Shown here: positions 49,157 through 59,573 of the stretch, in pieces
How the letters are laid out: each line of letters opens with the position of its first letter
How positions within the stretch are numbered: position 1 is the stretch's first letter
Assembly: GCA_938084645.1 (NCBI GenBank)
Contig: CALKEP010000002.1
Location: forward strand, 32,001 to 96,000
Source of the DNA: an uncultured Phycisphaerales bacterium
GTDB lineage: Bacteria > Planctomycetota > Phycisphaerae > Phycisphaerales > SM1A02
Direction: 5' to 3'
Length of the DNA stretch: 64,000 nt
Notes under the pieces: model-generated
Told to the model about the DNA's origin: nothing
Database searches by the model: none
Seen by the model: only the letters and a program-made list of their open reading frames with translations
Made by a program: the position numbers and the translations under genes

Positions 49157-52100
49157 TCAGTCGTCGGTCGAACCGGTCTTCGCATACCGACGACGACGAT
49201 TCTCGCGCCGGGGTGGGATGAACCCGCCCCGGACCTTCACGCCATCGGCGCCCGCTTCGCGCAGCCGCGCGACGAGATCGTCGTCCGGCACGACCCGAAC
49301 CCCCGGGGCCGCGAGCACCACGTGCCGCCCGCCGTCGAGCCTGAGATGGAGGACCGTCTCCACCGGACGGCCCGACAACGCGTGGACGCTTCCCGCGGCC
49401 TGCTTCAACTGCCCGGAGACGAACTGCATCCGATGCCGCGTGGCGGCCTCGTCGTTTCCGTCGCGGGTCGCGTCGATGAGGATCTCGATCCGGGTCGAGA
49501 GCAGATTCGGAACGCGGTTGAGCGGAATGACCTGCTCCACGACGATCTGAGGTTCGCCGCGGCCGGTCTCGACCTGCCCGACGAGGATCACCGTGGCGTC
49601 GACCTGGATCTGGTCCGCGTACTTGGTGAACGCCTCGCTGAAGACGACCCCTTCGACGGTACCGTGCTTGTCCGACATCGTGAGCATCGCCATCTTCGAA
49701 CCGTTGCGGGTCACCACCGGTCGAACCCGGTTGATCACGCCCGCGAAGACCACCGGCGTCTCGTTTCCAAGACTGCCGACGTCGCGACTTCCCGCGGTGC
49801 AGAACTCCTCGATGAGATCCTGGATGCCGTCGAGCGGATGGCCGGACACGTGGAAGCCCAGCGTCTCCTTCTCCTCGGCGAGCCGGGTCATCTGATCCCA
49901 TGGCTTGACCTCGGGGAGCGGCATCCGTGGTGCGCGATCATCGGCCTCCGCCTCCTCGTCACCGCCGCCGAAGAGCATGTTCTGCCCCGCGGACCGATCC
50001 GCCGCGAGCGTCTTGCCCGCCTTGAACGCATCGGGCACCGCGACGACCATCGCCGCCCGGGCCTCCGCACCGTGAATGGAGTCGAACGCGCCGGCTCGAA
50101 CGAGTGATTCAACCGCCTTCTGGTTGATCCGCGCGTGATCGATTCGTTCGCAGAAGTCGTGCAACGACTCGAAGACCCCGTGCTCCCCGCGGGTCGCGAC
50201 GATCGAGGCGATCCCGTCCTTCGCGATCCCCTTGATCGCCTGCAATCCGAAGCGGACGTGCCCGGCGCAGTTCCCCGGCGTCTCGCCCTCGTCGAAGACG
50301 ACCTTGAAGTCCTCGCCGGAGACGTTGACGTCCGGCGGGCGGACGGTCACGCCCACGTGGGGTCGCTCGGGCGTGGTGTCCGGAAACGGCACCCGCATGC
50401 ATTCCTCGAGGTACACCGACCATTCCTCGACCTTCTTCGCCTGGCTTTCGAAGGTGAGCACCGCGGCCATGTACTGGTTCGGGAAGTAGGTCTTCAAGTA
50501 CGCGGTCTGGTAGGCCACGATCGCATAGCCGGTCGAGTGGCTCTTGTTGAAACCGTACCCCGCGAACTTCAGGATCAGATCGAACAGCTCGTCCGCCTGC
50601 TTGTTGCCGACCCCGTGCTTCTCTGCCCCGGCGACGAAGTCGGACCGGGCGGAATCGATCACGCTCATCTTCTTCTTGGAGATCGCCTTGATCACCGTGT
50701 ACGCGGTTCGAAGCGGGATCCCGCCGAGCCCGTGAAGCACCTGCATCACCTGCTCCTGATACACCATGATCCCGTAGGTCTCCTCGGTGTACCGGTCGAC
50801 GATCTCGTGCACCGATGGAACCGCCTGCGTCCCGTGCTTGCGGGCGTTGTAGTCGGGGATCAGCTCCATGGGGCCGGGACGGAAGAGCGCATTCGCCGCG
50901 ATCAGGTCCTCGAGCCGGTCGGGCTTCATCTCGACCAGGAGCTTCCGCATCCCACCGGATTCGAACTGGAAGATGCCGCTCGTCTCGCCGCGACGGAAGA
51001 GGTCCAGCACCCGCTGGTCGTCCAGCGGCACCCGCTCCATGTCGAGCGGATGGATCGCGGTCCGCGCCGCGGCGGTGCCGGGGGCGGGCATCTCGCGACC
51101 GACCGCCTGCCAGATCGCGGCCTCCGGCACGGACTCCAGCACGAGCTGCCTCGCCCGCTCGATCGTCGAAAGCGTTCGGAGTCCGAGGAAGTCCATCTTG
51201 AGGAGGCCGATCCGCTCGCAGGTCGGGCCGTCCCACTGCGTGACCACGTCGTCGCTTCCCGTCGCCTTGCAGAGCGGCACGATCTCGTCGAGGGGACGCG
51301 TCGCCATGATCACCCCGGCCGCATGGACTCCGGAGTGACGCGCGTGGTTCTCGAGGGCCCGCGCCGCGTCGACCGCCCGCTGGACGCGGGGGTCGGAATC
51401 GCAGGCCTCGCGGAACTCGGGCTCCTTCTGAAGCGCGTCGTCGATCGTGATGTTCAGTTCGGCCGGCACCATGTTGGCGAGCCGTTGTCCGTCGGCGGGC
51501 GCGAATCCCATGACCCGCGCGACGTCCTTGATCGCCGCCTTGGCCTTCAACCGCCCGAAGGTCACGATCTGCGCGACGTGGCCGTACTTCTCGCGGACGT
51601 ACTCGATGGCGTCGGCGCGCCCGTTCTGGCAGATGTCGATGTCGATGTCGGGGTACTCGGCCCGGTCCGGATCCGTGAATCGCTCGAAGAGCAGTCCGTA
51701 GTGGACGGGGCAGGCGTTCGAAAGCCCCAGCACGTAGCCGACCATCGTCCCCACGCCCGATCCACGGGCGTTCGACGGGATGCCCCGTTGCCGCGCCCAG
51801 TTGACGAAGTCCCACACGATCAGGAAGTACGCGGAGATCAACTTGTCCGCGAGCACCTTGAGTTCACGTTCGAGCCGGGCTCGGATCTCGTCGGTCACGC
51901 CGTCCACGCCGTATCGCCAGATCAGGCCGGCTTCGCAGAGATCCCGCAGGGCGCGATCGCAGCCGTCCTTGAGGGCCTCCGCCTCCGCGGCGTCGGACCC
52001 CTGTGAATCGAACGGTCGAAGCTCGAACCGGGCGCAGTACCGCTTGAACCACTCGGTGAGATCGCCGCCGTCGTATTCCGGCGGCTCGCCGGGGTGCACC

Positions 52101-53080
52101 ACCGCGACGACCGGGGCGTGGTTCTCGCCTTCGGGGAGTTCGACGTTGCACCGATCGGCGATCCGGACCGTGTTGCGAATGGCCTCCAATTCGTCGGGCT
52201 CGGGGAAGAGCGCCGCCATCTCGGCCGCGTCCTTCACGTAGAGCTGCTCCGGATAGCGAAGTCGATCGGGATCGTCCTTGGTCTTCCCCATGCTGATGCA
52301 GCAGAGGGTGTCGTGGTCGTCGTGATCCTCCGCGCGGAGGAAGTGCGCGTCGTTGTCGACGACGAGCGGGAGATCGAGTTCGCCGGCGAGCTTCTTCAGA
52401 AGCGGGTTGATCCGCTCCTGCTCGGGGACGTGACGTTGGAGTTCGACGTAGAAGCGTGGCTCGCCGTCCGGGCCGGGAGCGAACGTGTCCGCGTGCCATC
52501 GGGCTTCGGCGACCGCGAGATCCCAGTGCCCCTGGTCGTTGGTCCGGACGAAGTTCGTGAGATGGAACGCGAGCGAGGACCCGAGGTGGCCGTTGATCGC
52601 GACCAGTCCCTCGTTCCACTGCTCGAGGGTGCTCTTGTCCATCCGCGGCTTGTAGTAGAAGCCGTTGCGAAAGGCGTCGGAACTCAACTTCACGAGGTTC
52701 CGCCAGCCGCCGAGATCGAGCGAGAGCAGGACGAGGTGGAACCCACCGTCGGCGACACCGGTCCGAGTGCGGTCCCGACGATCGCCGGGCTTGCCCTCCC
52801 GATCCGGAGCGACGTAGGCCTCGATCCCGAGAATCGGTTTGATCCCCGCCGCCCGGGCGGCGGCATGGAACTCGAACGCCGCGTGGAGGTTGCCGTGATC
52901 GGTGACCGCGACCGCGGTCATGCCGAGCGTCTTCACGCGCTCGACGAGCTTCTTGACCCGGTTGCCGCCGTCGAGCAGGGAGTACTCGCTGTGGAGATGG
53001 AGGTGGACGAAACCGTCGGGGGCGATCGACGCCGCGTCGGCGGCGGATTTCGTCTGTTTTCCTGCACGAGACTTGGCCAT
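49157..53080 (-). CDS. dnaE: DNA polymerase III subunit alpha
   Basis: FVHLHLHSEYSLLDG PHP domain, RGSG, PDIDID, GLLKMDFLGL, GYGFNKSH, OB fold; GGAG SD before ATG 53080. Confidence 0.98.
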   Translation of the reverse strand: MAKSRAGKQTKSAADAASIAPDGFVHLHLHSEYSLLDGGNRVKKLVERVKTLGMTAVAVTDHGNLHAAFEFHAAARAAGIKPILGIEAYVAPDREGKPGDRRDRTRTGVADGGFHLVLLSLDLGGWRNLVKLSSDAFRNGFYYKPRMDKSTLEQWNEGLVAINGHLGSSLAFHLTNFVRTNDQGHWDLAVAEARWHADTFAPGPDGEPRFYVELQRHVPEQERINPLLKKLAGELDLPLVVDNDAHFLRAEDHDDHDTLCCISMGKTKDDPDRLRYPEQLYVKDAAEMAALFPEPDELEAIRNTVRIADRCNVELPEGENHAPVVAVVHPGEPPEYDGGDLTEWFKRYCARFELRPFDSQGSDAAEAEALKDGCDRALRDLCEAGLIWRYGVDGVTDEIRARLERELKVLADKLISAYFLIVWDFVNWARQRGIPSNARGSGVGTMVGYVLGLSNACPVHYGLLFERFTDPDRAEYPDIDIDICQNGRADAIEYVREKYGHVAQIVTFGRLKAKAAIKDVARVMGFAPADGQRLANMVPAELNITIDDALQKEPEFREACDSDPRVQRAVDAARALENHARHSGVHAAGVIMATRPLDEIVPLCKATGSDDVVTQWDGPTCERIGLLKMDFLGLRTLSTIERARQLVLESVPEAAIWQAVGREMPAPGTAAARTAIHPLDMERVPLDDQRVLDLFRRGETSGIFQFESGGMRKLLVEMKPDRLEDLIAANALFRPGPMELIPDYNARKHGTQAVPSVHEIVDRYTEETYGIMVYQEQVMQVLHGLGGIPLRTAYTVIKAISKKKMSVIDSARSDFVAGAEKHGVGNKQADELFDLILKFAGYGFNKSHSTGYAIVAYQTAYLKTYFPNQYMAAVLTFESQAKKVEEWSVYLEECMRVPFPDTTPERPHVGVTVRPPDVNVSGEDFKVVFDEGETPGNCAGHVRFGLQAIKGIAKDGIASIVATRGEHGVFESLHDFCERIDHARINQKAVESLVRAGAFDSIHGAEARAAMVVAVPDAFKAGKTLAADRSAGQNMLFGGGDEEAEADDRAPRMPLPEVKPWDQMTRLAEEKETLGFHVSGHPLDGIQDLIEEFCTAGSRDVGSLGNETPVVFAGVINRVRPVVTRNGSKMAMLTMSDKHGTVEGVVFSEAFTKYADQIQVDATVILVGQVETGRGEPQIVVEQVIPLNRVPNLLSTRIEILIDATRDGNDEAATRHRMQFVSGQLKQAAGSVHALSGRPVETVLHLRLDGGRHVVLAAPGVRVVPDDDLVARLREAGADGVKVRGGFIPPRRENRRRRYAKTGSTDD

Positions 53081-53232
53081 CAGCTCTCCATCCGTGGGCG
53101 ACGCGTTCATGGTAGACGCTCCGTGCGGGGTCGACCCGGGGCGTTCGACGATCGAACGGGGATCCACGGGATCGACTGGGATCCCGCCCGAGTGGACGAC
53201 CTCCCCGACGCCCGGCGTCGTACCATGTCCGC

Positions 53233-53562
53233 ATGAGCGAGCAGACCCCGTTCAATCGAACGCCCTTCGTCCGGGTGATCGGCATCGGCCAGCAGATGGG
53301 CGACGGTTTCCGCCGCATCGATCGCGGAGGTCCGTTCAGCCGGCTGCTCGCCGGAATCGCCGCCGTGGTCCTCGCGGTTCCGATCCTGGTGATCGGCGTC
53401 ATCCTGCTGTTCACGCTCTTCGCCTTCGCGATCGCGGCCGCCCTGGTCAGCCTCGTCCTGGGTCGACGACCCGGCATGCGATCCGCGGGGGTCCGGCCCG
53501 CCGGCGGCCCGGAATCGGCCGGCCGCGAGAACGTCCGCGTCATCCCGCGCACACCCGAGTGA
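53233..53562 (+). CDS. Hypothetical membrane protein
   Basis: Long hydrophobic hairpin; C-terminal GRENVRVI; TACCAT 6 nt upstream. Confidence 0.75.
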   Translation: MSEQTPFNRTPFVRVIGIGQQMGDGFRRIDRGGPFSRLLAGIAAVVLAVPILVIGVILLFTLFAFAIAAALVSLVLGRRPGMRSAGVRPAGGPESAGRENVRVIPRTPE

Positions 53563-53592
53563 CGGCACCGCCGGAGACCGACCGGCCATGTC

Positions 53593-54462
53593 CTACTCCG
53601 CGAGCCACCACTCGCGCATCGCCCGGGCCACCGGTCCGGGCTCCCCTTCGCCGATCGTCTCCCGCTCCACCCCCACCACCGGCATCACGCCCCAACTCGA
53701 ATTGGTGAGCAGGATCTCGTCCGCGGCCAGGACCGCGTCGATGTCCATCATCTTCCGGTGGACGGCGCGGCCCTCGCCGGCGGCCCGACCGAGGACCTCC
53801 TCACGCACGACCCCGGGCAGGACCGGCGACGGAAGGCCACCCTCCGGTTCCTCGCCTCGCGCGATGGGCGTCGAGAGTTCGTCATCCTTCACCAGGATCA
53901 CGTTGCTCACGCAGCCACCCGCGAGGTGGTTCGAGACCGTGAACCACAGCGCCTCACTCGCGTTCTTCGCGGCCGCGGCCTGAAGTTCAGAGAGTCGCGA
54001 CCAGTACGAAAGCGTCTTGTGCGACGCGAACGGATCGAGCGGGTTCGCCCGGGCGTCCGCCACCGTCGCCCGGATGCCCTTGTCGAAGAGTTCGTCGGGA
54101 TACGCGGTCGCGGGCTGGACGACGATCATGATCGTCGGCTCGTGCCCGTCGCCACCGCCGTGAAGCAGGTTCAGGTCACCGCCGGTGATGGTCACCCGCA
54201 CCCTCGAAACCTCGAGCGCGGCCGTGTCCACCGTGGACTGGATCGCCTCCGCGAGCGGTCCGGATCGAAGTTGTTCGCTGAGCCGAAGAGCACGCAGCGA
54301 ATTCTCGAGCCGGTCGAGATGCTGGTGGAGATGCAGCACTCGCGACCCGCGGGCGGTCATCGTCTCGAACAACCCGACCCCGTGCTGGAAACCGGCATCG
54401 AACGCGGAGACCCGCGCTTCGTCGACCGTCTCGATGCTTCCGTTCAACCAGACCGTCGTCAT
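53593..54462 (-). CDS. Class IV PLP-dependent aminotransferase (PabC/IlvE-like)
   Basis: GVGLFETM, HLDRL, HKT lysine, LPGVVR, LTNS. Confidence 0.9.
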   Translation of the reverse strand: MTTVWLNGSIETVDEARVSAFDAGFQHGVGLFETMTARGSRVLHLHQHLDRLENSLRALRLSEQLRSGPLAEAIQSTVDTAALEVSRVRVTITGGDLNLLHGGGDGHEPTIMIVVQPATAYPDELFDKGIRATVADARANPLDPFASHKTLSYWSRLSELQAAAAKNASEALWFTVSNHLAGGCVSNVILVKDDELSTPIARGEEPEGGLPSPVLPGVVREEVLGRAAGEGRAVHRKMMDIDAVLAADEILLTNSSWGVMPVVGVERETIGEGEPGPVARAMREWWLAE

Positions 54463-54872
54463 TCGATTCGCTCCTTCGCTTCGTCCATCGCCGAAGTGTC
54501 CGCCCGACGGACCGACCGCAGTTCCGCAGGAACACCCTCGAGATCGAGCTCGACCCGACCACCGGCCGCGCCGGTGACGACCACCGTCGCGAGGTGTCCG
54601 GCGTGATCCGAGACCACCACGACCGACTGGATCTCCCGTGGCGGCAGGAGGGCCGCGATCGCGGTTCGCGCCGTGCCCTCGATGCTGAAGCCCGCGGATG
54701 GTGGTTCGTCCGACGTTCGGATCAATTCGGCGACGAGGTTCCGGGCCCCCGCTTCGACCTCCTGCGGCCGCTTCGCGAAGTACCCCACCAGTCCACCGGC
54801 CGCGAGGGCGATCGCGGGATAGAGGAGCCGGCGACCCCAGCCTGAACGACCTTGTCGGGAATTCCCAAGCAT
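54459..54872 (-). CDS. Hypothetical single-TM protein
   Basis: TM helix near the N-terminus; ATGA overlap with the aminotransferase; TACACT upstream. Confidence 0.6.
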   Translation of the reverse strand: MLGNSRQGRSGWGRRLLYPAIALAAGGLVGYFAKRPQEVEAGARNLVAELIRTSDEPPSAGFSIEGTARTAIAALLPPREIQSVVVVSDHAGHLATVVVTGAAGGRVELDLEGVPAELRSVRRADTSAMDEAKERIE

Positions 54873-54923
54873 GAGGTGGGAAGTGTAGACGACGCTCGAT
54901 TCTGCGATGATGCCCCGGTCCTC

Positions 54924-55598
54924 ATGCTCATGCCCGCCTCGCCAAGATCGCTCGCCGCCCGGATGCGTCGCGAAGGACGCAGACCGGCGGTTCCCTGCCC
55001 TTCGTGCGGGCACGACCTTCGATCCGGAAGCAGGCTCGCGATCGCCGATCCGCCTCGGATCGCCCGACGATGCGCCGGCTGCGGCAACGCGGTCTGGAGT
55101 TCGTTCTCACGGGTGATCTGGCAACCGCGTCGCTTCATCCGCTTCTCGACCAGCGTGATCACCATGCTGATCGCGATTTCGATCCTGATCCTGATCGGGG
55201 TGGTCGTGTCGGCGGTGGACCCGCCGCCGGAATCCGTATCCGTGTTCGTGGTGCTGGCTTCCTATGCGATCTTCGGCGGATTCGCCGGTCTCCTTCTCCG
55301 CATCTTCATACCCACCGCGGGTCGCATCGCCCTCGCGGTGCTCACCGTCGCTTCGATCGCCGGTGCGATCCTCTTCGAGGGCTGGTTCCTGCTCGTGATC
55401 ACCAACGAAGACTTCCGGTACATCCGTGCGCCGGAGATTCCGCGCGGCTGGTTGATCGTCGAGACGATCTGGAACGTCACACTGGTCCCGCTCCTTCCCA
55501 CCGTCACCGGCCTGATCTTCGGGGTCCTGCTCCACGACTCGATCGGATTCGGCATTCGCGCGAGAATAAGGCGGCGAACGTCACTGGAGGCGACGTGA
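54924..55598 (+). CDS. Zn-ribbon membrane protein
   Basis: CPSCGHDL...CAGCG followed by about 4 TM helices. Confidence 0.65.
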   Translation: MLMPASPRSLAARMRREGRRPAVPCPSCGHDLRSGSRLAIADPPRIARRCAGCGNAVWSSFSRVIWQPRRFIRFSTSVITMLIAISILILIGVVVSAVDPPPESVSVFVVLASYAIFGGFAGLLLRIFIPTAGRIALAVLTVASIAGAILFEGWFLLVITNEDFRYIRAPEIPRGWLIVETIWNVTLVPLLPTVTGLIFGVLLHDSIGFGIRARIRRRTSLEAT

Positions 55599-56461
55599 AT
55601 CAACCTGCTCCCGGTTCCGGCGACAACGGTCCCACCACCGACGAGAACCCGCCGATGACATCGACACCGCGCCTCATCGGCACCCGAACCTGCCTCGGCT
55701 GCGGCCAGGAGCTGGCCGGGCAGCCGATCAATCGGACCGCCGTCGAGGACCTCCCCTTCGTGCGGTGTTCCGAATGCGGCCGAGCCACGCCGGTCCTCGA
55801 GTATCCGGTGATGAGCCGATGGAGCGGCACGCTCGGCGCAGGCCTGCTGTGCCTGCAGGTCCTGGTGTCCGTGACGATCCTGTTCCTCACCGGTCTGTTC
55901 GGCTTCGCCATCGCCGACGAGATCTGCACCGACGCGCGTCGTGACTTCGGCAACCGGGTCTCCGCGGCGTGGGATGCGAGCTCGCCCCTCGGTGAGAATT
56001 CGACCTGGGAGGTCTCCCGGGTCTGGTGGGAGGAGGTCGCGGATCGCACCACCGAAGCGATCCTCGCCGAACCCGACGCCGGGCTCGCACGCGTCTCTCG
56101 GATCGAGGTGGCCGGACTGCTGGTGATGGGCATCCCGATGGGCGTGCTGTGGTCCGGGCTCTTCGCCGGGATCCGCCGTTCCCGACTGTGGATCCCACCG
56201 CTGCTCCTGTGGTGCATCGCGATGCCGTGGGCGTGGCTCTTCGGGCTTCCGCCGTCCGGAGCGAACATCTCGACCTACGTCATCGCTCGAGGGCTCGTGA
56301 ACATCCACGTGCTGTCGATCGTGCTTCTCGCACTGGTGATCGGCCTCGAGATCGGCATCCTCTTCGGCCGACCGATCATCCGGTGGCTCGCTCGGACCCT
56401 GCTGCCCCCCGATCGAGTGCGGTCGCTCGACTTCGCCTGGCGGGTCGACGGCCGACGCTGA
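55595..56461 (+). CDS. Zn-ribbon membrane protein
   Basis: CLGCGQELAG...CSECG plus about 4 TM helices; GGAGG SD; GTGA overlap. Confidence 0.75.
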   Translation: MNQPAPGSGDNGPTTDENPPMTSTPRLIGTRTCLGCGQELAGQPINRTAVEDLPFVRCSECGRATPVLEYPVMSRWSGTLGAGLLCLQVLVSVTILFLTGLFGFAIADEICTDARRDFGNRVSAAWDASSPLGENSTWEVSRVWWEEVADRTTEAILAEPDAGLARVSRIEVAGLLVMGIPMGVLWSGLFAGIRRSRLWIPPLLLWCIAMPWAWLFGLPPSGANISTYVIARGLVNIHVLSIVLLALVIGLEIGILFGRPIIRWLARTLLPPDRVRSLDFAWRVDGRR

Positions 56462-56512
56462 AGCCTCCGCGTGTCGTCGTGGGCGAGCCCGGTCGGTACA
56501 CTCCCCGACCCC

Positions 56513-58492
56513 ATGCCACTTCTCACGCTCGCCGGCATCCGCCACGAATTCTCGACCCGCACCGTCCTGGACGGTGCGACGCTGTCGGTCGAACCCGGCG
56601 AGAAGATCGGTCTGGTCGGCCGCAACGGGGCGGGCAAGAGCACCCTGCTCAAGGTGATCACCGGCGAGCTGACCCCGGACCATGGGGACATGCAGCTCGC
56701 CCGAGGGGTCCGGGTCGGGCATCTTTCGCAGCACCCGGAGTTCGTTCCGGGTGACACGCTGCGACAGGCCGCGGGCCGAGCCTTCGAACGCCTCGAGACC
56801 GCGCAGAAGGAACTCGAACAGGTCTACGAGGCGATGGCGACCGCCGAGCCCGACGAACTCGAACGCCTCATGTCCCGGCAGTCCGAACTGGACACCCAGC
56901 TCGAGGCGCTCGGCGGCTATGCCGTCGATCATCGCGTCGACGCCACCCTGCACGGGCTGGGATTGACCGACGACCGGTTCGACCAGCCGGTCGACACCCT
57001 CTCGGGAGGCCAGAAGGCCCGCCTCGGACTCGCCCGCCTGCTCCTCGAGTCGCCGGACCTGCTGCTCCTCGACGAACCCACGAACCACCTCGACATCAAC
57101 GGCCGCCAGTGGCTCGAGAACTTCCTCGCCGAGGAGTTCAACGGCGCGGTGATCCTGGTGAGTCATGACCGTTGGCTGCTGGACCGGGTCGTCAACCGGA
57201 TCGTCGAGGTCGAACTCGGCCAGGTCCGCGAGTACCCGGGGAACTACCACGCCTTCATCGAACAGCGCCGCGAACGAAAACTCGTCGAAGGCCGGATCCA
57301 CGCGAAGCAACTCGACAAGATCCGCGCCGAAGAGGCGTACATCCGCAAGTACAAGGGCGGGCAGCGGGCCAAGCAGGCGCGTGGCCGCGAAGCCCGTCTC
57401 GATCGGTTCAAGCAGGAGGAACTCTCCGAGAAGCCGATCGAACTGGACGTGATGTCGCTGAACCTGCCCAAGCCGCCACGGGCGGGCGACGTGCTCATCG
57501 CGGTCGAGCACCTCTCCAAGGCCTACGACGATCACCAGCTCTTCGACGATCTCTCGCTCAGCCTCCGCCCCGGTGATCGGATCGGCGTCATCGGTCCGAA
57601 CGGTGCGGGCAAGACGACCCTGATCCGAAGCATGCTCGGTGACATCGAAGCCGACGCCGGCACGATTCGTCGAAGTCCACGTCTCTCGGTCGGTTGGTTT
57701 CGGCAGAACCAGGACCACATCGACCCCGATCGGGAGGTCTGGCAGTACCTCCAGAAGACCATGGGTGACGCGGATCCGAACGGCCAGGTCCGCGAACAGG
57801 AGGCTCGCAACCTCGCCGGCGCCTTCCTCTTCACCGGTCGCGAGATGGAAAAACAGATCAAGCTGCTCTCGGGAGGGGAACGGGCCCGGATGGTGCTCGC
57901 GGGCCTCGTCGCCTGCCCGCTCAATCTTCTGGTGCTCGACGAACCGAGCAACCACCTCGACATCCCCAGTGCCGAACGACTCGAGCAGGCGTTGCTCGAC
58001 TATGGCGACGCGAAGAAGGGACGCGGCGGCGCGATCTTCCTCATCAGCCATGATCGCGCCCTGATCGAAGCCACCTGCACCGTGCTCCTGGTGTTCGACG
58101 GTGACGGCTCCGTCCGAATCTTCAACGGCCGCTATTCGCAGTGGCTGGAGATCGAGAATCAACGCCGAGCGGAGGCGGAGGAGGCGAGACTCGCAGCTTC
58201 GTCGACGAAGGCGGCGCGAAACCGGAACAGCTCCGGCGACCGCCCCTCGGCGACGAAGCGAGACACGCCGAAGAAGAACACCACCTCGAAACTCGCGAAG
58301 CTCTCGACCAAGGACCTCGAGTCGAGGATCGAGCGCTGCGAGTCGCGGATCCGCGAGATCGACGAGTCGATGATGGATCCCGACGTGTACACCGACGGGA
58401 AGAAGACCAGGCGACTTCAGACCGAACGCGCCGAAGTCGCGGCCAAGCTCGAACCCCTCGAGTTCGAATGGTCGTCGCGGGCCGACGGCTGA
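56513..58492 (+). CDS. ABC-F family ATPase (Uup-like)
   Basis: Two ABC domains (GRNGAGKST and GPNGAGKTT, LSGG, DEP), no TM segments, coiled-coil C-terminus. Confidence 0.95.
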   Translation: MPLLTLAGIRHEFSTRTVLDGATLSVEPGEKIGLVGRNGAGKSTLLKVITGELTPDHGDMQLARGVRVGHLSQHPEFVPGDTLRQAAGRAFERLETAQKELEQVYEAMATAEPDELERLMSRQSELDTQLEALGGYAVDHRVDATLHGLGLTDDRFDQPVDTLSGGQKARLGLARLLLESPDLLLLDEPTNHLDINGRQWLENFLAEEFNGAVILVSHDRWLLDRVVNRIVEVELGQVREYPGNYHAFIEQRRERKLVEGRIHAKQLDKIRAEEAYIRKYKGGQRAKQARGREARLDRFKQEELSEKPIELDVMSLNLPKPPRAGDVLIAVEHLSKAYDDHQLFDDLSLSLRPGDRIGVIGPNGAGKTTLIRSMLGDIEADAGTIRRSPRLSVGWFRQNQDHIDPDREVWQYLQKTMGDADPNGQVREQEARNLAGAFLFTGREMEKQIKLLSGGERARMVLAGLVACPLNLLVLDEPSNHLDIPSAERLEQALLDYGDAKKGRGGAIFLISHDRALIEATCTVLLVFDGDGSVRIFNGRYSQWLEIENQRRAEAEEARLAASSTKAARNRNSSGDRPSATKRDTPKKNTTSKLAKLSTKDLESRIERCESRIREIDESMMDPDVYTDGKKTRRLQTERAEVAAKLEPLEFEWSSRADG

Positions 58493-58529
58493 CCCGCCCC
58501 ATCCGGACCCGCGACGAGTCGTCGATCCC

Positions 58530-58565
58530 GAAACGAACACGTGCCCGTCGAAGATGACGGGCACG
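58530..58565 (-). terminator. Terminator hairpin between convergent genes
   Basis: CGTGCCCGTC-loop-GACGGGCACG with TGTTCGTTTC on the minus strand. Confidence 0.7.
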
Positions 58566-58634
58566 AGGTGCGGTTTCCAATTGAATCGACCACGGGACGG
58601 AACGGGCCGGCGGGTCGCCTTCCACCGGGCGCGG

Positions 58635-59573
58635 TCAGGCCAGGCTGCTCTTCAGCAGGACCTTGCCGGTGCCGGCCTCGCGAATCTCGAAGGCGAGGCC
58701 CTGGAGGGCGCGTCCGTCGAGATCGATCGGGGAGGCGGAAAATCGACCGACCACACCCTCGAAGAGCACGACCACCGATGCGGACGAATCCGGTTCGAAC
58801 GCGACGAGTTCGACCTCCGTCGACGCAGGCATGTCGAACAGCATCATCATGCCGTGACCGGGCAGCTCGCCGGCCTCCTCGATCACGAGAATGCCGGCGC
58901 CGGCGGATCCCGCCATCGCGACCGACCGTGCCGTCGAGGAGTCGAAGAGGAGACGGGCTTCGTTCTCGGGAAATCCGATGCCGTCGAGCCGGCCCTGGAG
59001 TTCCTTCAGCGAGATGTTGTTGTCCGCGAGGTCGAGCAGCCGGCTGCTGAGACTCGCGGTCTGCTGCTGGATCACGATCAGTGCGATGAGGCTCGAGCCG
59101 AGCACGAACGTCGCCGCCCGCCAGATCATGGAACTTCGACGCATCCGTCGAACGTCCATCTCGGATTCCACGTCCGTCTCCGCCATGGTCGAGGTCGAGC
59201 GGTGCGCCATCCGAGCATCGCTGCCGAGCGCTCGAACACGTTCGCCGATCGACGCGATCGGACCACACTCGGACGCATCCTTTTCGATTTCAGAGGTGAG
59301 TCGAGCCAGCACCTTGTACCGCAGGGCACGATCCGGCTCCTCGTCACCCGCCGCGGCGATCTCCACCGCCACCGCCGACTGGAGGTCGAGAAGCTCGGCC
59401 TGCTGATCGGGTGACAACCCCGCGAAGGCACGCTCGAACCTGGCCTCGTCGACTTCTTCGAGAAGTCCGAGGGTTTCGAGGATCGCGAGATCTCGTAGTT
59501 CGTCCACCGCCAATGGCTCCGTCAACAACATCTTGAAAACCACGCTCCATGCATTCCGTTCGGGCTCCTTCAC
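58635..59573 (-). CDS. Putative anti-sigma factor (RskA-like topology)
   Basis: N-terminal helical domain (LGLLEEVDEARFERAF), one TM helix, extracytoplasmic domain; downstream of an ECF sigma. Confidence 0.65.
   Translation of the reverse strand: MKEPERNAWSVVFKMLLTEPLAVDELRDLAILETLGLLEEVDEARFERAFAGLSPDQQAELLDLQSAVAVEIAAAGDEEPDRALRYKVLARLTSEIEKDASECGPIASIGERVRALGSDARMAHRSTSTMAETDVESEMDVRRMRRSSMIWRAATFVLGSSLIALIVIQQQTASLSSRLLDLADNNISLKELQGRLDGIGFPENEARLLFDSSTARSVAMAGSAGAGILVIEEAGELPGHGMMMLFDMPASTEVELVAFEPDSSASVVVLFEGVVGRFSASPIDLDGRALQGLAFEIREAGTGKVLLKSSLA

Noticed and set aside
49157..53080. Possible intein in DnaE
   Set aside because: The insertions are short and lack the C/S start, the His-Asn end and LAGLIDADG motifs
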